The translations under genes and the position numbers were made by a program. The notes under the pieces were generated by a model. That model saw nothing but the letters and a program-made list of their open reading frames with translations, was not told where the DNA came from and ran no database searches. A stretch of 63,817 bases of DNA, filler included, from Octopus bimaculoides (taxonomy: Eukaryota): NCBI RefSeq assembly GCF_001194135.2. It is 6 parts of 5 records of this genome, joined end to end, with 100 filler letters (N's around TTAATTAATTAA, not from the genome) between each part and the next. Parts side by side here need not be neighbours in the genome. Positions count along the whole stretch, not along the records: positions 1 to 19,853 come from NC_068982.1; 5 more parts are not named here. The stretch is one strand, 5' to 3'. Below, one piece after another: positions 1 to 12,914 of the stretch (its first letter is position 1; every line of letters starts with the position of its first letter).

Positions 1-821
1 TATTCTTTTGCTTCTATTTTTTGTTTTATGACTTTTTTTTATTTTAGAGAAATATCATCCTTAGAAATTGAAACAAAACAAAATATCAAGCCATATTGAA
101 GTGTCCAGACTAATGCATTTATATCTCATCATCATCATCATCATCATCTTCGTCAAAATCATCATTACCATCATCATCATTGTCATCATCATCCTTCTCC
201 TCCTCTCAGCATCATCATCATTACCACCATCATCATCATCACCATCATCAACTTCATCATCACCATCGTCATTTTATGTCTACTTTTTCCATATTTGCAT
301 GGGTCAAACAGTATCCATTTTTTTTTACCCTTCAACCAGATGCTCTTGCTGTCACTAACCTTCATCTATTTCCAAGCAACATAATAGTTTACACTAATCC
401 AGACAATACATCATGAGAGATTACATCATGAGAGACAGCAATTAACGTGTAATATCAACATACACACACACACACACACACACACTCATTTATGCATAAT
501 GTATAGGTGCAAAAATGACACAGAGGAAAACAAACTGTAAAAGAAGAATGTTGTTATCAGTTTTGACTCTAAGGCAGTGAGAATCATTAGCGTGCCAAAC
601 GAAATGCTTAGCAGTTTTTGTCGGCAGCAAATAAAAATGTCGAGTTACTTCAAAATTACTAAAATTATATTAGGGAAAATATACAGTGTAGGAAAAATTA
701 AAGAAATTTTTCTGCCAGTGGCCTAGAATGCAGAAAATAATCAATAAACTATATATTTGAAACCATGGTCTGGTAACAAAATATGGTAAATGGTTTTATT
801 TTTCATTCCCTTCAAAATTAC

Positions 822-871
822 CTCTAACCGTGGTGTGAATTTTGACTGGTCCTTCTAGCATGTTAGGTCTC
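822..871 (-). CDS. Candidate internal exon of an unidentified host gene (xRPNMLEGPVKIHTTVRx)
   Basis: Minus-strand acceptor ...gtccctaacAG and donor AG|GTaatt; 50 nt open in only one frame; no recognisable homology. Confidence 0.3.
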
Positions 872-1699
872 CTGTTAGGGACACTAATCTTATATGCATA
901 TATACATATATACATACATATNNNNNNNNNNAACATATCTTATATTGTGTTTGTCGACCGGTTTTGCTTTTGCTAATCATGACATTAAGATTTATTTAAA
1001 TACGTATTTTCTTAAGAAAAAGTTTTTTGTCCATGTGTGTGTAGTTTATGAATGAATGATTCAACAAGTAGAAAAATCTAAGGGAAGGTAATTGGTTATC
1101 ATTATTATTGTGGACAGGGGAGATAATTGTTCATCTTTTGGTAAGGGGTGGGAGAATATATATATACACAAAAATTAAAAAACTAGAGTAGTGGGGAGAA
1201 ATAAGTACAGTGATGGGTATGTAATCGTGAACTAAAATATTTTAATAGAAAGTGAACTCATTAAAAATATATATTAGCGATAGAGGCATCATTAATACTG
1301 AGAGGTAATACTGATCCTGACTGAAACATACATGTTGTATCTTGTACCTTGGGAGGGTCATTACACCAGTAATAATAAACACACACACTGGTTCAATATC
1401 ACTTCTTTATTACTAGTAAATTGGTTAAATATCTAACCAATAAATTAACCGATTGTTTGCTTAAAGTTCTGGTTAAATGATTAATTAGTTGTTTGTTTGT
1501 CAAAGTCCTTTCGTTGTTATTCACAACCTCACCAATGACATATCCTCATTCTTCAAGATCTGCCTAAGAATTCGTCTTATGCATGTGTGTATGTATGCAT
1601 GCATGTGTGTATGTAGATGTATGGTTGCTTACAAGAGAAAGGAAGGGTGAGAGGAAATGAAGAGCATTTATATATGCATGTGTGCATGCATGTATGTAG

Positions 1700-1784
<85 letters not shown>

Positions 1785-2384
1785 CTTGTGTGCCTGCCTG
1801 TGTGTGTATTTCTGAGCGTGTGTGTGAGTGTGTGCATTGGCCATTCACAATCTTTTTAAGGGTTCATCCTGTGTTTTCAAGGTTAGTTCAGATCTGCTGG
1901 GATCTGCTTGTCATCCCATAAAGATTTACAGATGTAGCTCCTTATGAGGAGAAGGAGAAAACAGGGTGTGTGTTCTCACATGTGTGTGCTTGTGTATGCT
2001 TTTGTGTGTGTGTGTGTGTATGTGTGAGTGTGCACATGGATGTGTGTGTGTGTGCTTGTGTGTTCTTGTGCTCTTGTGTATGTATGTGTTTTTGCATGTG
2101 TGTGATTGCATGTGGATGTGTGTGGTTCTGTAATGGAATTACTTGTAATCACATGCATTAATCTGTATGGATTATCTCATATCCTGCTGTCCTGAAACAA
2201 AATGTAATTATTAGTTCAATGTTTCAGGAAAAGACAGAAAGGAGCTGTGTTGTTTCATGCTTTAAGCTTCTTCACAAAGTTAGGCAGAAGAAAAAGGGTT
2301 AAAAAGAAAGAAAATGGGAGTAGTGGAAAAAAAAACATTTTAGCATGTGTCAAATCCTTTTGAAAATGGCTTGATGACTGTGAA

Positions 2385-2700
2385 GGTGCCTGGCTCAGTG
2401 GTAAGAGCATTGGCTCACAATCATGAGGTAGTGAGTTCGATTCCTAGACTGGGCTGTGTGTTGTGTTCTTGAGCAAGACACTTTATTTCATGTTGCTCCA
2501 GTTCACTCAGCTGTAGAAACGAGTTGTGACATCACTGGTGTCAAGCAGTATCACCAAGAGCATCGGTGGCATGGAGAGAGGAGACTGGTATGCATGGGTG
2601 ACTGCTGGTCTTCCATAAACAACCTTGCCTGGACTTGTGCTTCGGTGGGTAACTTTCTAGGTGCAATCCTATGGTCATTCATGACCGAAGGAGATTTAAA
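2385..2700 (+). mobile_element. tRNA-derived SINE (CpG-decayed)
   Basis: A-box-like tggctcagtggt and B-box-like gagttcgattcc. The body (ctgctggtcttccataaacaacct...ctaggtgca) recurs at 57170-57450. Confidence 0.75.
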
Positions 2701-2886
2701 CAAAAAAGAAAAGAATGACTGGAAGTTAACGAGAAGGAAAGTAGACTCCTACCTAGCCATGCTTCTTATGACCCACCCACACCAGGTGTGTATTTTCAAT
2801 GTTATTATAATTTACAATTGTAATTTTGAATGATCAAAAATTATTTTAGATTACCGAGTCAAGTATGGAACCCAACAATTAACTGT

Positions 2887-4171
2887 AAGTTCCTGGCTTC
2901 GGATAAAAAAAAAAATAGAGGAGGATCAGTTAATTATGGTTGTATTCAACATATTCCTCTCTTACATTCACACATTTATTTCAGTGGTCCTTCAGTTTTT
3001 CAAAGCCCTGTAAAAAGAACTCAGAAGGTTGGGCCTTTCCAACCAGGCCTTTGTAGCAGTGATGACTTCCAAATTGAAATGAAATTTCATTCTTTTGAGA
3101 TATTTTACAGTCGTGGAAAGAGGTGCTAGTTGTAGGGGTCCAAATCAGGAGAGTAAGGTGAGTGGTCAACCAATTTGAAGCCCAAGTCATGTATTTTCCT
3201 TAGAGATTCATGTGTTGTGTGCACTGGTACATTGTCATGCAAAAAAACAGGACACCACAGCGCAACTTTCCATGGTGATTTTGCTTCAAAGCTTCATGCA
3301 GTTTGTCCAACAGAGACGCGTAGTATTCTGCATTGATGGTGTGACCCTTTGGCATGCTTTTTATAAGGAGTAATCTGTCTTTGTCCCAGAACACTGAAGC
3401 CAGAATCTTTCCAACTGACTTCTGAGTCTAAAACTTCTTGGGACACAGTGAACCTCTGTGGCACCAATCCACTGATTGCTACTTGGTCTGGGGATCATAA
3501 TGATGAAGCCAAGTTTCATCCATGGTGATTAAATGAGCCATAAAATCAGCCTCTTCCCCTGAAAACTGGTCCAAAATTGCCTTTGGTGTCATCCCTCTCA
3601 GGCACTGCTGATCTGCATTCAGGCATTTCAGCAGCCATTTTGAGGAAAGCTTTCTCATGTCCAGAATGCTGTGGATGATATGGCCATCATTTACATGAGA
3701 AATTTCCCGAGTCTCACCTATGACTCTAGCTGAAATCCAGTGGTACTCGAGAATCAATGATGTGCACAGCATCGACTTTGTCCTTTGTGGTCGTGGAAGT
3801 TGACCATCCTGACAAGGGTTCGTTTGTGACCTCAAAGTGACTAGTATCGAACCTTGACACCCGGATTTTCACAATGGAGTAAGATGGGCAGCCATTCTTC
3901 GTGATTTCATTTATCTTGACTTGGACTTCTGCCACTCCTTTACATTTCAAAAAAGAGGAACTTCATGACCACCCATGCTTCAATTTTACCAAAACCCACT
4001 GCCGGAGCTGCTATCATGCATTAAATTTACAAAAAAGAGAAAAACATATATTGTATACCGTTATGATCTTTTGCCTATCTTCTCCTCAATAGTTCTCCCA
4101 CCACCCCTGTAAAGGTAATAGCTCTACCCTTTCATGATACTCTGAAAGCCAGAACTTTTTAGCACTCTCTC
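2887..4171 (-). mobile_element. Near full-length (~1.28 kb) defective mariner DNA transposon, family A
   Basis: Minus-strand relic peptides: N-terminal VVMKFLFLK, HTH SYSIVKIRVSRF...EPLSG, ITMDETWLHHYDPQTK, INAEYYASLLDKLHEAL, LHDNVP, YSPDL and C-terminal QPSEFFLQGFEKL. Right TIR aaagccagaactttttagcactctctc at 4145-4171; left TIR truncated (aagttcctggctt). Multiple frameshifts and stops. Confidence 0.92.
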
Positions 4172-4281
4172 ATAAATGGTAAAGAGTTAACTTATAGCTT
4201 TCCATGTTGCTTTATCTCACTTTGTTTATTCTTGTCTCTCTGCTCATCTTTTTCTCTCTCTTCACATACTACACGTATGCA

Positions 4282-4622
4282 TGTTATTCACAACCTCACC
4301 AATGACATATCCTCATTCTTCAAGATCTGCCTAAGAATTCGTCTTATGCATGTGTGTATGTATGCATGCATGTGTGTATGTAGATGTATGGTTGCTTACA
4401 AGAGAAAGGAAGGGTGAGAGGAAATGAAGAGCATTTATATTACTCGGTAATCTAAATGTGGCTGATGCCAGTGCCCTCAGACTGGCTCCCATGCTGGTGG
4501 CTCGTAAAAAGCACCATTCAAGCATGGTAGATGCCAGTGCTACCTGACTGGCTCCTGTGCTGGCTGTATGTAAAAGACATCCACTACACTCTTGGAGTGG
4601 TTGACATTAGGAGGAGCATCCA
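4282..4622 (+). other. Composite local duplication: 1515-1673(+), then 2845-2859(-), then 9639-9807(+)
   Basis: By-eye identity of 159 bp and 169 bp segments to the two distant sites. The linker matches the reverse complement of 2845-2859. Confidence 0.85.
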
Positions 4623-5983
4623 CATGTGTGTGTAGAAATATGAAGGCTGATATATATATGTGTATAGGTATATACACAACACATACACACACACATATAC
4701 ATACATAAATACATNNNNNNNNNNNNNNNNNNNNNNNNNNNNNNNNNNNNNNNNNNNNNNNNNNNNNNNNNNNNNNNNNNNNNNNNNNNNNNNNNNNNNN
4801 NNNNNNNNNNNNNNNNNNNNNNNNNNNNNNNNNNNNNNNNNNNNNNNNNNNNNNNNNNNNNNNNNNNNNTATATATATATATATGTACATGTATATATAT
4901 ATGCATATATACATATATACATTCATATATATTTACATATATATATGTGTATGCGTGTATATATAATATAATATATGTACACATACACACACACACACAC
5001 ACATATACACATGTGTGTATGTGTTTATTGGTAAGTATTTTGTAAGTATGTATTTGTCCACAAAATTAGACCTAACATAAAAAAAAAAAAGATTCCAGAT
5101 AATGAGAAATTATTTTTTTCTCGTTCTTTATTTATTGTTTTTATCTCCATTTATTCTGTCTTAAAACATAGCAAACTGCAACTTCCTTCCTATCAAATTT
5201 GATAACTATTAGTTCAGATCCATTATACTTTTCATTCAAAGAAATAAGTACACCATACTCTCTATCTTCTTTGCCAAAATAGCTACAACATGTTATATTT
5301 ATATCTTTGGGATAGCTGTGCTGTGCCATAAATCTATTCTAAGACTATCGCCAGATTTGTTTCGTTCTGCAAGTGTTATTGTTCCATGGTCATTATAAAA
5401 GAGATATTTTCAATATTATAGGAGTAGCTTTACTAATAATCCATAAATCTATATTTCTGAAACAGCAATAATGTGTTTTATATTTAACCACCAGTGTTGG
5501 TAAATAAATGAACAGAGACAACATGGGGTAGAAAGAATTTTTTTGGTATAGCTGGGAACAAGACGACTCTCTAGTGTAGGGACCAAGTAAAATGCACCTG
5601 GTGCACTTTGTAAAGTGTTGGCAAAGGAATAGAAACAATGCAGTGTTGGAATAACTGTTTAGTTTCACAACAGAATCTTTTTAGTGTGGTACCATGATAA
5701 ACGCTTCCACAATGCTGTGTAAAGTTTTTGGTGATATGAAAGGCATCTGGTTATAGATGTCGTGTCTAAAGTGGAACATATGAGGGAGATATGACGTCTG
5801 AGCAAAGAGGGAACTTTGTGCAAGAACTGGTTCAGATAATGGCAACACTCTAACCCATGCCAGCATGGAAAAGAAGACGTAAAATTATGGAAAATGATGA
5901 TGATGATGATAACGATGATGTTGATGATGATATGTACTCTCCCTCTCTCCATGTATCATCATGTATGTATGTATGTATATATA

Positions 5984-6212
5984 TTGGGTTATCCCATAAA
6001 TAGTATGGTTTTTTTATACTTCTTTTAGTTTTCAAAATTAAGATAAACAAAGTTCTTTTTTAATGTAAAATATACTCTCTTCCATTTTCTACAATGCTTT
6101 TCCAACTACCTGGTAGACTTGCAAGGCCTCTCTTCCAAAATTCACTTGTCTGCGACGAAAGATTCTCCTCCAGTACTGTTCTGACCTCACCTACAGAAGC
6201 AGTATTGAGCGG
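5984..6212 (-). mobile_element. Mariner family B 3' terminal fragment with TIR
   Basis: Begins ttgggttatcccataaat and aligns colinearly with 28321-28530, which adjoins a clear mariner ORF. Confidence 0.8.
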
Positions 6213-6773
6213 GTGTGGATTTGTGCCAGTTGAGAGATTTAAGGTAAAGAGGGGACAGATAAAGATACTTTACTATAGAGCAGATACATGGATACCTCAG
6301 CTGGAAAACAAAAAAACCCAAATTAAAGCCTCTGAGCTGTTGCCTGTCCTGATAGAAACAGCAGCTAAATCTTCCTTAAACTCCTATCAATTATGTGCAA
6401 AAATGAAAAATTCATTGAATAATATAAATCTTAAATACCCTGGTTGCATAAACAGAGACAGGAGAGTCCTGGCAAAAATAATTGATCTGGGCTCACCTGA
6501 AGCTAAACAACAATTTGTGTATCTAAAAAAAACTATGTGACACTCGCAATCTTTCTATGTAAATTTAAACACCATACACTGGAGACAAAATAAAAGACTA
6601 AAATGAATGACTTATAAATTCGTTTATTGATTTATGTTGGGGAAAGAGAATAAATAAAATTATTTTATTCAGACAACATTTGGACTTGACAAATTTTAAA
6701 CTATAAAAGCCCCAAGACAGAAAATAGATGAAACATATAAAAGCCATAAAACAGATGGAAATGTGAGTGCGAG

Positions 6774-6818
<45 letters not shown>

Positions 6819-8214
6819 ATAAATATTTATGTATCCGTATATGTTTATATATGAATAGATGTATATAGATATAAATGCATTATATCTATATATTTATGCA
6901 TCTATACATTTACATATATATATATTAATCCGTATCAATGATTCTCACAATATCCTTTCTATGGCAATGGACTGCATCCCTCTATCAAAAGGGAAAAAAA
7001 AGAGAAGTGACTAATCGTTCATATGACAGGCAGTGTCCTTCTACCAAAGTTTCATGTGGCTAATATATGGATCTCTTTCCAAGTTCTTTAATAGAAATTT
7101 CATAGCATAAAGAAAGGCTGAGATGAGTTAGCTCCATGCTTTGGGTTTAGAGTTCAATCTTTTGAAATATGCAAAGATCACATGTTTTAAGCCACACTGC
7201 ATTGACTATTCAGGCTTTATGACTTCCCCATGGCCCAGATGAAGACAATGGAGTGGCTGTGCTGTAAATTTGTGTAAAAGTGGTTGGCTGTTCTCTCAGC
7301 TTTCAGTTTGGTTAACCAGTACAGCAAAACCACTGGACGAATTCAAAGCTACTAAAATAGTTGTAAGTACATGGCTGCTATCTGAGGAAGTGCAAGTCAA
7401 GCATACCAATATGGCAATAAGGGGAAGCAGGAAGTTGAAATCCCATAATGTAAGGGAAATGGAAACATATTGGAAACACCAGGGGATTGTTGGGGGTAGT
7501 CTACCAAGATTGTTGGGGTTAGTCTACCAAGTCTACCAAGGGCTTGGTAAATATAGCACCAATTGGTAGAGATGTCTTGGAGGGAACTCTGAAATACTGA
7601 CCAGAAAAAAGTCATCTTCCCTCTTGTGAGCTAATGTTGATGTTTGACAACCTCTAATAACCTTTAAATCTGGAGCAAAGAAGAATCATCGTGCAAGTAG
7701 TGTCAGCCACATTGTTGCCAGAGGCCCTGAGGCAGTGGAAGAAGACAGATACATGTGGAAACATAAGATCCTTATAGAAATTGCAAAATGGACAGACCTG
7801 TAGAGAGTTAGGGTTAACAAGCAGCAGGCAACAATACTCAAAAGTATCAGATTTCTAAGGAAAGATGGTCAGCTTCTTTAGGCAAAGCAGCCGCAGGGAA
7901 CCTGTTTCCATTTTGCATCAAACATTCCATTTTTTTAGCAGACATTTGAACATTCATTTCCTCTTGTTGCGAAACTTATGAAATACTTGAATTTTCTTCG
8001 TGTAATTTTGCTCTGGAACCTATTGAACTTTGATTTTTTGGGGGGAGCATGTTTTATCACCATGGGACTTACTCATTGAGAAACAGGAAAATTGCTGAAA
8101 CTGGTAATTTAGTAAATTAAAAAAAAAAATTTGAAAATTACTGTTTTAAGATCCAGGTGAATTTTCAACACCAAAACCAATTGTCTATCTGTCTGTCTGT
8201 CTGTCTGTCTGTTT

Positions 8215-8291
<77 letters not shown>

Positions 8292-8389
8292 CTCTATCGC
8301 ACTCGCTCTCTCTCTCTCTCTACTTCTATCGCACTCTCTCTCTACCTCTATCGCACTCTTTCTCTACCTCTATCGCACTCTCTCTCTCT

Positions 8390-8431
<42 letters not shown>

Positions 8432-8693
8432 TTTCTCAGTTTCACCTGTCTTTAAACAAGCAATGGTTTATAGTTAGCACACCTTGTAGTATTCCTGATG
8501 ATTTGGGATAAGTATTGCTTTAAATTGCTTTTAATTTTTATGTATCTTAATTCCATAATTATAGACTTAATTATACTTATTCCCCATTAAACAGCTGTTG
8601 AAATTAATTAGATTATATTTGTGAAATTCATGCATTTCTGAATTATATCCATATAGGGGGAGAATTCACAAAAAAAACAAAAAACAAAGACAG

Positions 8694-8977
8694 GAAGTGA
8701 TCGATAAGAAATGTGGATCACCAAAGGTTCGATCAAAATGAGTTAAGAGGGAAAAAAACAAGGGAGAAATGGAGATAGTGAAAAAAAGAAGGATTTTGTT
8801 ACAGTTTCTGTGTAATAGTATTTTCAAGCAAAAATCCCTGCACACGATGGAAAAAAAGAATCACAGAAACTGTTAACAAACCCTTTTTTTTACTATCTTC
8901 ATTTCTCCCTTGTTTTTCTCTCCCTTAACTCAGTATGACCAAACTTTTGGTGATCCATATTTCTTATCTATCACTTC
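8694..8977. repeat. Fold-back (palindromic) element, ~120-bp imperfect arms
   Basis: 8694-8812 is the approximate reverse complement of 8861-8977 (roughly 85% by eye). Confidence 0.85.
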
Positions 8978-9257
8978 TAAACACTATTGAATTTTGTGCA
9001 TTTAAAGAAGATGATCCACATTTTTTATATTATCGAATGCTGTGAACATTTAAATCATATTTGATATTACTGAATTTTGTAAATATTGAATCTCTTGAGC
9101 ATCTTTTTCTGCTTTGCAATTTAAAATTTTTACCAATGATAAACAGAAAATATTGTTGAAATCAGCTGGGTATGCATGTAAATATATTTATTTAAAAACA
9201 AGTTTTTCAAATTTAGGTGCAGTTTCAACAAAAAATTTTTCTATATTTTTTCCTGTG

Positions 9258-9930
9258 CTGGTATGATCATGTGTTACGTATGGATGAGGACAGCTGTGCG
9301 AGGAAATGCCACAACCTTACAGTGGAAGGAACCTGTGGAAGAGGTAGACCCGGGAAGACATCGGATGAGGTGGTGAAGCATGACTTTCGAACGTTAGGCC
9401 TCGCAGAGGCAATGACAAGAGACCAAGACCTGTGGAGATATGCTGTGATTGAGAAGTGAGATCGCAGCCATGGCTGATGCTAGTATTGCGTGTCTGACCC
9501 ATTTAAGAGTACCCTTGAAGCATTGGGCAATATGATATGCTTGAGAAGACCTGTTGAGTCAAGTAAAATCGAAATCGTAGCTGTGGCCAGTGCCACCTGA
9601 CTGGCTTCCGTGCCGGTGACACATAAAAAGCACCTTCCAAATGTGGCTGATGCCAGTGCCCTCAGACTGGCTCCCATGCTGGTGGCTCGTAAAAAGCACC
9701 ATTCAAGCATGGTAGATGCCAGTGCTACCTGACTGGCTCCTGTGCTGGCTGTATGTAAAAGACATCCACTACACTCTTGGAGTGGTTGACATTAGGAGGA
9801 GCATCCAGCTGTAGAAACCTTGCCAGATCAGATTGGAGACTGGTGCAGCCTCCCAGCTTGCCAGTTCTCAGTCAAACTGTCCAACCCATACCAGCATGGA
9901 AGGCAGACATTAAACGATGATGATGATGAT
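9258..9930 (+). mobile_element. 5'-truncated RTE-clade LINE 3' end (ORF C-terminus, 3' UTR, (GAT)n tail)
   Basis: Peptide WYDHVLRMDEDSCARKC...GRGRPGKTSDEVV...LWRYAV is typical of RTE C-termini; ends in gatgatgat. Confidence 0.88.
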
Positions 9931-10189
9931 ATATATAATTCTTGTTTTTAGAATTAGTATACCATGTGTTATCACATCATAAGAGGTAACAAATGTGACA
10001 TATATATTATATAATACCTTGATACTGTCTGGACTAAGATCCTTGTTGACAGGCTGCTGGTATTTATAGAGTGTTAAACACTTTCGGTATGCAAATTAGG
10101 GACTCCTTCATAGAGTAACTGCTGCATTTGTTGAGTATATAAACAGTTTGGCTGCTTGCTTCTCTGGGGACTGTCAGAATGATGCAGAT

Positions 10190-10232
10190 GCCTCTGATGA
10201 GAACCCAATAAGGTTTGAAAATCAGTTAAGGT
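10190..10232 (+). ncRNA. Degenerate minimal hammerhead ribozyme motif in a Penelope-like terminal repeat fragment
   Basis: gcct-CTGATGA-gaacc/ggttt stem II-GAAA-a(tcag)t-TA-aggt; stem I is only 4 bp. Confidence 0.5.
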
Positions 10233-10422
10233 TGTTCATAATTTTTTTCAGTCTGTGGAGAAATGACTGAAATTTGCCCTGTTTATAATTATACCATGTG
10301 TTACATATATATATATATTATATATATGTATATATATTGTTCAAATTTACAGAAAACAAAAGATGAAGACAGGTGAGGAACAACAAGCAGGTGTATTAGT
10401 TTGATGCTTGGGAAGAATGAAG

Positions 10423-10460
10423 CCTTTGATGTTTTGAGTCTGTGCTCTTTGTCAGAAAGG
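10423..10460 (-). ncRNA. CpG-decayed minimal hammerhead motif (inactive)
   Basis: Minus strand reads ccttt-CTGACAA-a-gagc..actc-AAAA-CATC-aaagg: a perfect 5-bp stem I with three G>A changes at inferred CpGs relative to CTGACGA/GAAA/CGTC. Confidence 0.55.
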
Positions 10461-10524
10461 GATGAGTGGAAAAAAATGGGAAGTGGAAGAAACTAAACAG
10501 AGAGAGAAAACAGTATGTTGGTAT

Positions 10525-10557
<33 letters not shown>

Positions 10558-10714
10558 GGGGAGAGAGGGCAGAAGAGAGATAGGTATTAACATACACACA
10601 CATGCAGTTACAAGTATTTGCTCAGTTGTATCAACACATGATTACCAGAGGTAAAATGTGGAGTTTATAATTTTGATAAATATAAAAAACAACACATGGA
10701 AAATATGAACTTAC

Positions 10715-10783
10715 CAAATATGATATTAATATCTGTTTCTCAGATCTTATTACAAAATCAGAAAAACGAAATGAATATATTTG
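10715..10783 (-). CDS. Candidate internal exon (QIYSFRFSDFVIRSEKQILISYL), host gene unidentified
   Basis: Very strong acceptor (tcttttttatttattattttcattttttAG) and donor TG|GTaagt; 69 nt, phase 0/0, and only this frame is open. Confidence 0.5.
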
Positions 10784-11180
10784 CTAAAAAATGAAAATAA
10801 TAAATAAAAAAGATTAGAAATTCGGTACGATTATTACTATTGATATATTCATGGTTACTAAAAAACCAATCAGTAAAAGTAGTGGATGATATGAAGAATA
10901 TGATTTCACAAAGAAAGATTTTCAAAGAGGCCTTATATGGAAATGTCCTTCTTAACAGAATAATTTGCCACTAATTCAATAGAATAGCCAATATGATGTG
11001 CATAATTTCCTTTGATAATTTACTAGTTTTGAATACTTTTATAGGTTGAATAAAATATAATGACAATTCATAGTTTTCTCGGGTGATATATTTTTAAAAA
11101 ATGCTTAAGGAAGACAAAAATTAAATATAAAAATTAGAAATGGAAATAGAAATAATCAACATATATGTGATATTATGTGG

Positions 11181-11540
11181 AGGCGCAATGGCCCAGTGGT
11201 TAGGGCAGCGGACTCGCGGTTGTAGGATCACGGTTTTGATTCCCAGGCCAGGCGTTGTGACTGTTTATTGAGCAAAAACATGTAAAGCTGAATGAGGCTC
11301 CAGCAGGGGGTGGTGGTGAACCCTACTGTACTCTCTCACCACAACTTTCACTCACTCTTTCTTCCTGTTTCTGTTGTACCTGTATTTCAAAGGGGGCCAG
11401 CGTTGTCACACTCCACTCCAAGAACTACGTTAAGGGTACACGTGTCTGTGGAGTGCTCAGCCACTTGCATGTTAATTTAACAAGCGGGCTGTTCCATTGA
11501 TCGGATCAACTGGAAGCCTCATCATCATAACCAACAGATT
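11181..11540 (+). mobile_element. Young tRNA-derived SINE
   Basis: A box tggcccagtgg, B-box-like ggttttgattcc, CpGs intact; the 3' body is shared with 13370-13700. Confidence 0.8.
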
Positions 11541-11542
11541 GC

Positions 11543-11574
<32 letters not shown>

Positions 11575-12113
11575 GTACCATCCAAATGTGGTCAATGCCA
11601 GCCTCCTCCGGCCTCTGTGCCGGTGGCACATAAAAAGCCCCCACTACACTCTTGGAGTGGTTGGCGTTAGGAAGGGCATCCAACTGTAGAAACACTGCCA
11701 GGTCAGACTGGAGCCTGCTGCAGCCTCCTGGCTTCCCAGACCCCCAGTTATATATAAATATATAACATGCTTCTTTTAGTTTCCACTTACTAAGTGCACT
11801 CACAAGGCTTTGTTTAACCTGATGCTATAGTAAAAGACACTTGCCCAAGGTGTCATGCATGGAGCTGAACCTGGAACTGTGTGACTGGGAAACAAATTTC
11901 CTACCACACACCCATGCCTGCATGTATGATTAACATTTTTTGGAATTTTTTTTTTGTCTTTTTTGAAGATTTATAATTTCAAGTATAAACAATCATTAGG
12001 ATTGCTAAATTTAAAAATAATCCAAGTCTGAAATAATTTTCAGTGAGCAATAACCAAACTTGAGATAACCTTTATTGTCTGAGGTACTTTCGCACACTGA
12101 CCAATATCATCAC

Positions 12114-12146
12114 CTCAGATAACCCTCATTATCTATGGTACCAGCT
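12114..12146 (-). CDS. Candidate 33-nt symmetric exon (xAGTIDNEGYLx)
   Basis: Acceptor atttatttcattatttcAG, donor AG|GTgat, single open frame; phase does not directly match the 10.7-kb exon. Confidence 0.28.
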
Positions 12147-12914
12147 CTGAAATAATGAAATAAATTTACAATCTTGGTACGACACACGCTGATAATATTG
12201 ATAAATTACAGGAAAACAATTATGAGATAACTGTTTGAATCAGAAACTAGAATTGGATTTGATCATCATATAAATAATTCATCGACCACATGACCTTTGC
12301 TTCTAACAGTGGGGTCATGAATGTTGAAGTCGGAGAATATTGAAATGTTATTAGTGTACAACAAGAATGATCTCAAATATAATGATTTATACAATTAAAC
12401 AACAAACCAATGAGGAAACCTCTAAATGGTTGTCGAAGGTGTGAGATATAACAGCTAAATCTTCCTCATACCTTCTACTGTAAATAAGGAAAAAAGAAAA
12501 ACATATTATATAATGTAATCTTAAATACCTCTAGAAAGATGTCATGGAGGGATTGTCTTTTATGATTAATCTGTTTCAGCAGAATTGATTTGGGGTTAAA
12601 TAACATCAACACTGAGTGTTTTCTTAATGCAGGGCATCAGCAGCATCAGTGCCCATTCGGGAGCAATCATTGGAATCGTCTCCAAGCTGGCCCCACTCTC
12701 TTTCTCATCCCTCTCCTAACAAACAACAGAAAAGCATTAATTTTGTATGATGTGTAATTTGCTTTTGACAGTTGTTTCAATGAGGTAAAACATCCTCAGT
12801 TTATGTAAGTACAAAATTAACACACATAATTAATTTAAATAGGATGGCTTATCCATCACATCAGGAGAAAAAAATTGTAAATGCATGCGCACACACACAG
12901 ATCATACTCTTTTA

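Noticed and set aside
68-416. His/Ile/Ser-rich ORFs
   Set aside because: Translations of a (CAT)n microsatellite; the same applies to 55913-57033.
1564-2161. HT/CV-repeat ORFs, here and at many similar sites
   Set aside because: (CA)n/(TG)n/(TA)n/(GATA)n translations with no coding signal.
7307-7362. Possible plus-strand exon (WLTSTAKPLDEFKATKIV) with AG and GTAAGT
   Set aside because: No recognisable homology or phase-linked partners; the strand conflicts with better minus-strand candidates. Unresolved.
11181-11260. tRNA-like sequence
   Set aside because: It is a SINE head: it continues into a repeat body with no complete cloverleaf.
12633-12804. GC-rich patch and a 33-nt plus-strand exon-like segment (CFNEVKHPQF, 12772-12804)
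   Set aside because: Several frames and strands are equally plausible and none can be supported without RNA data.
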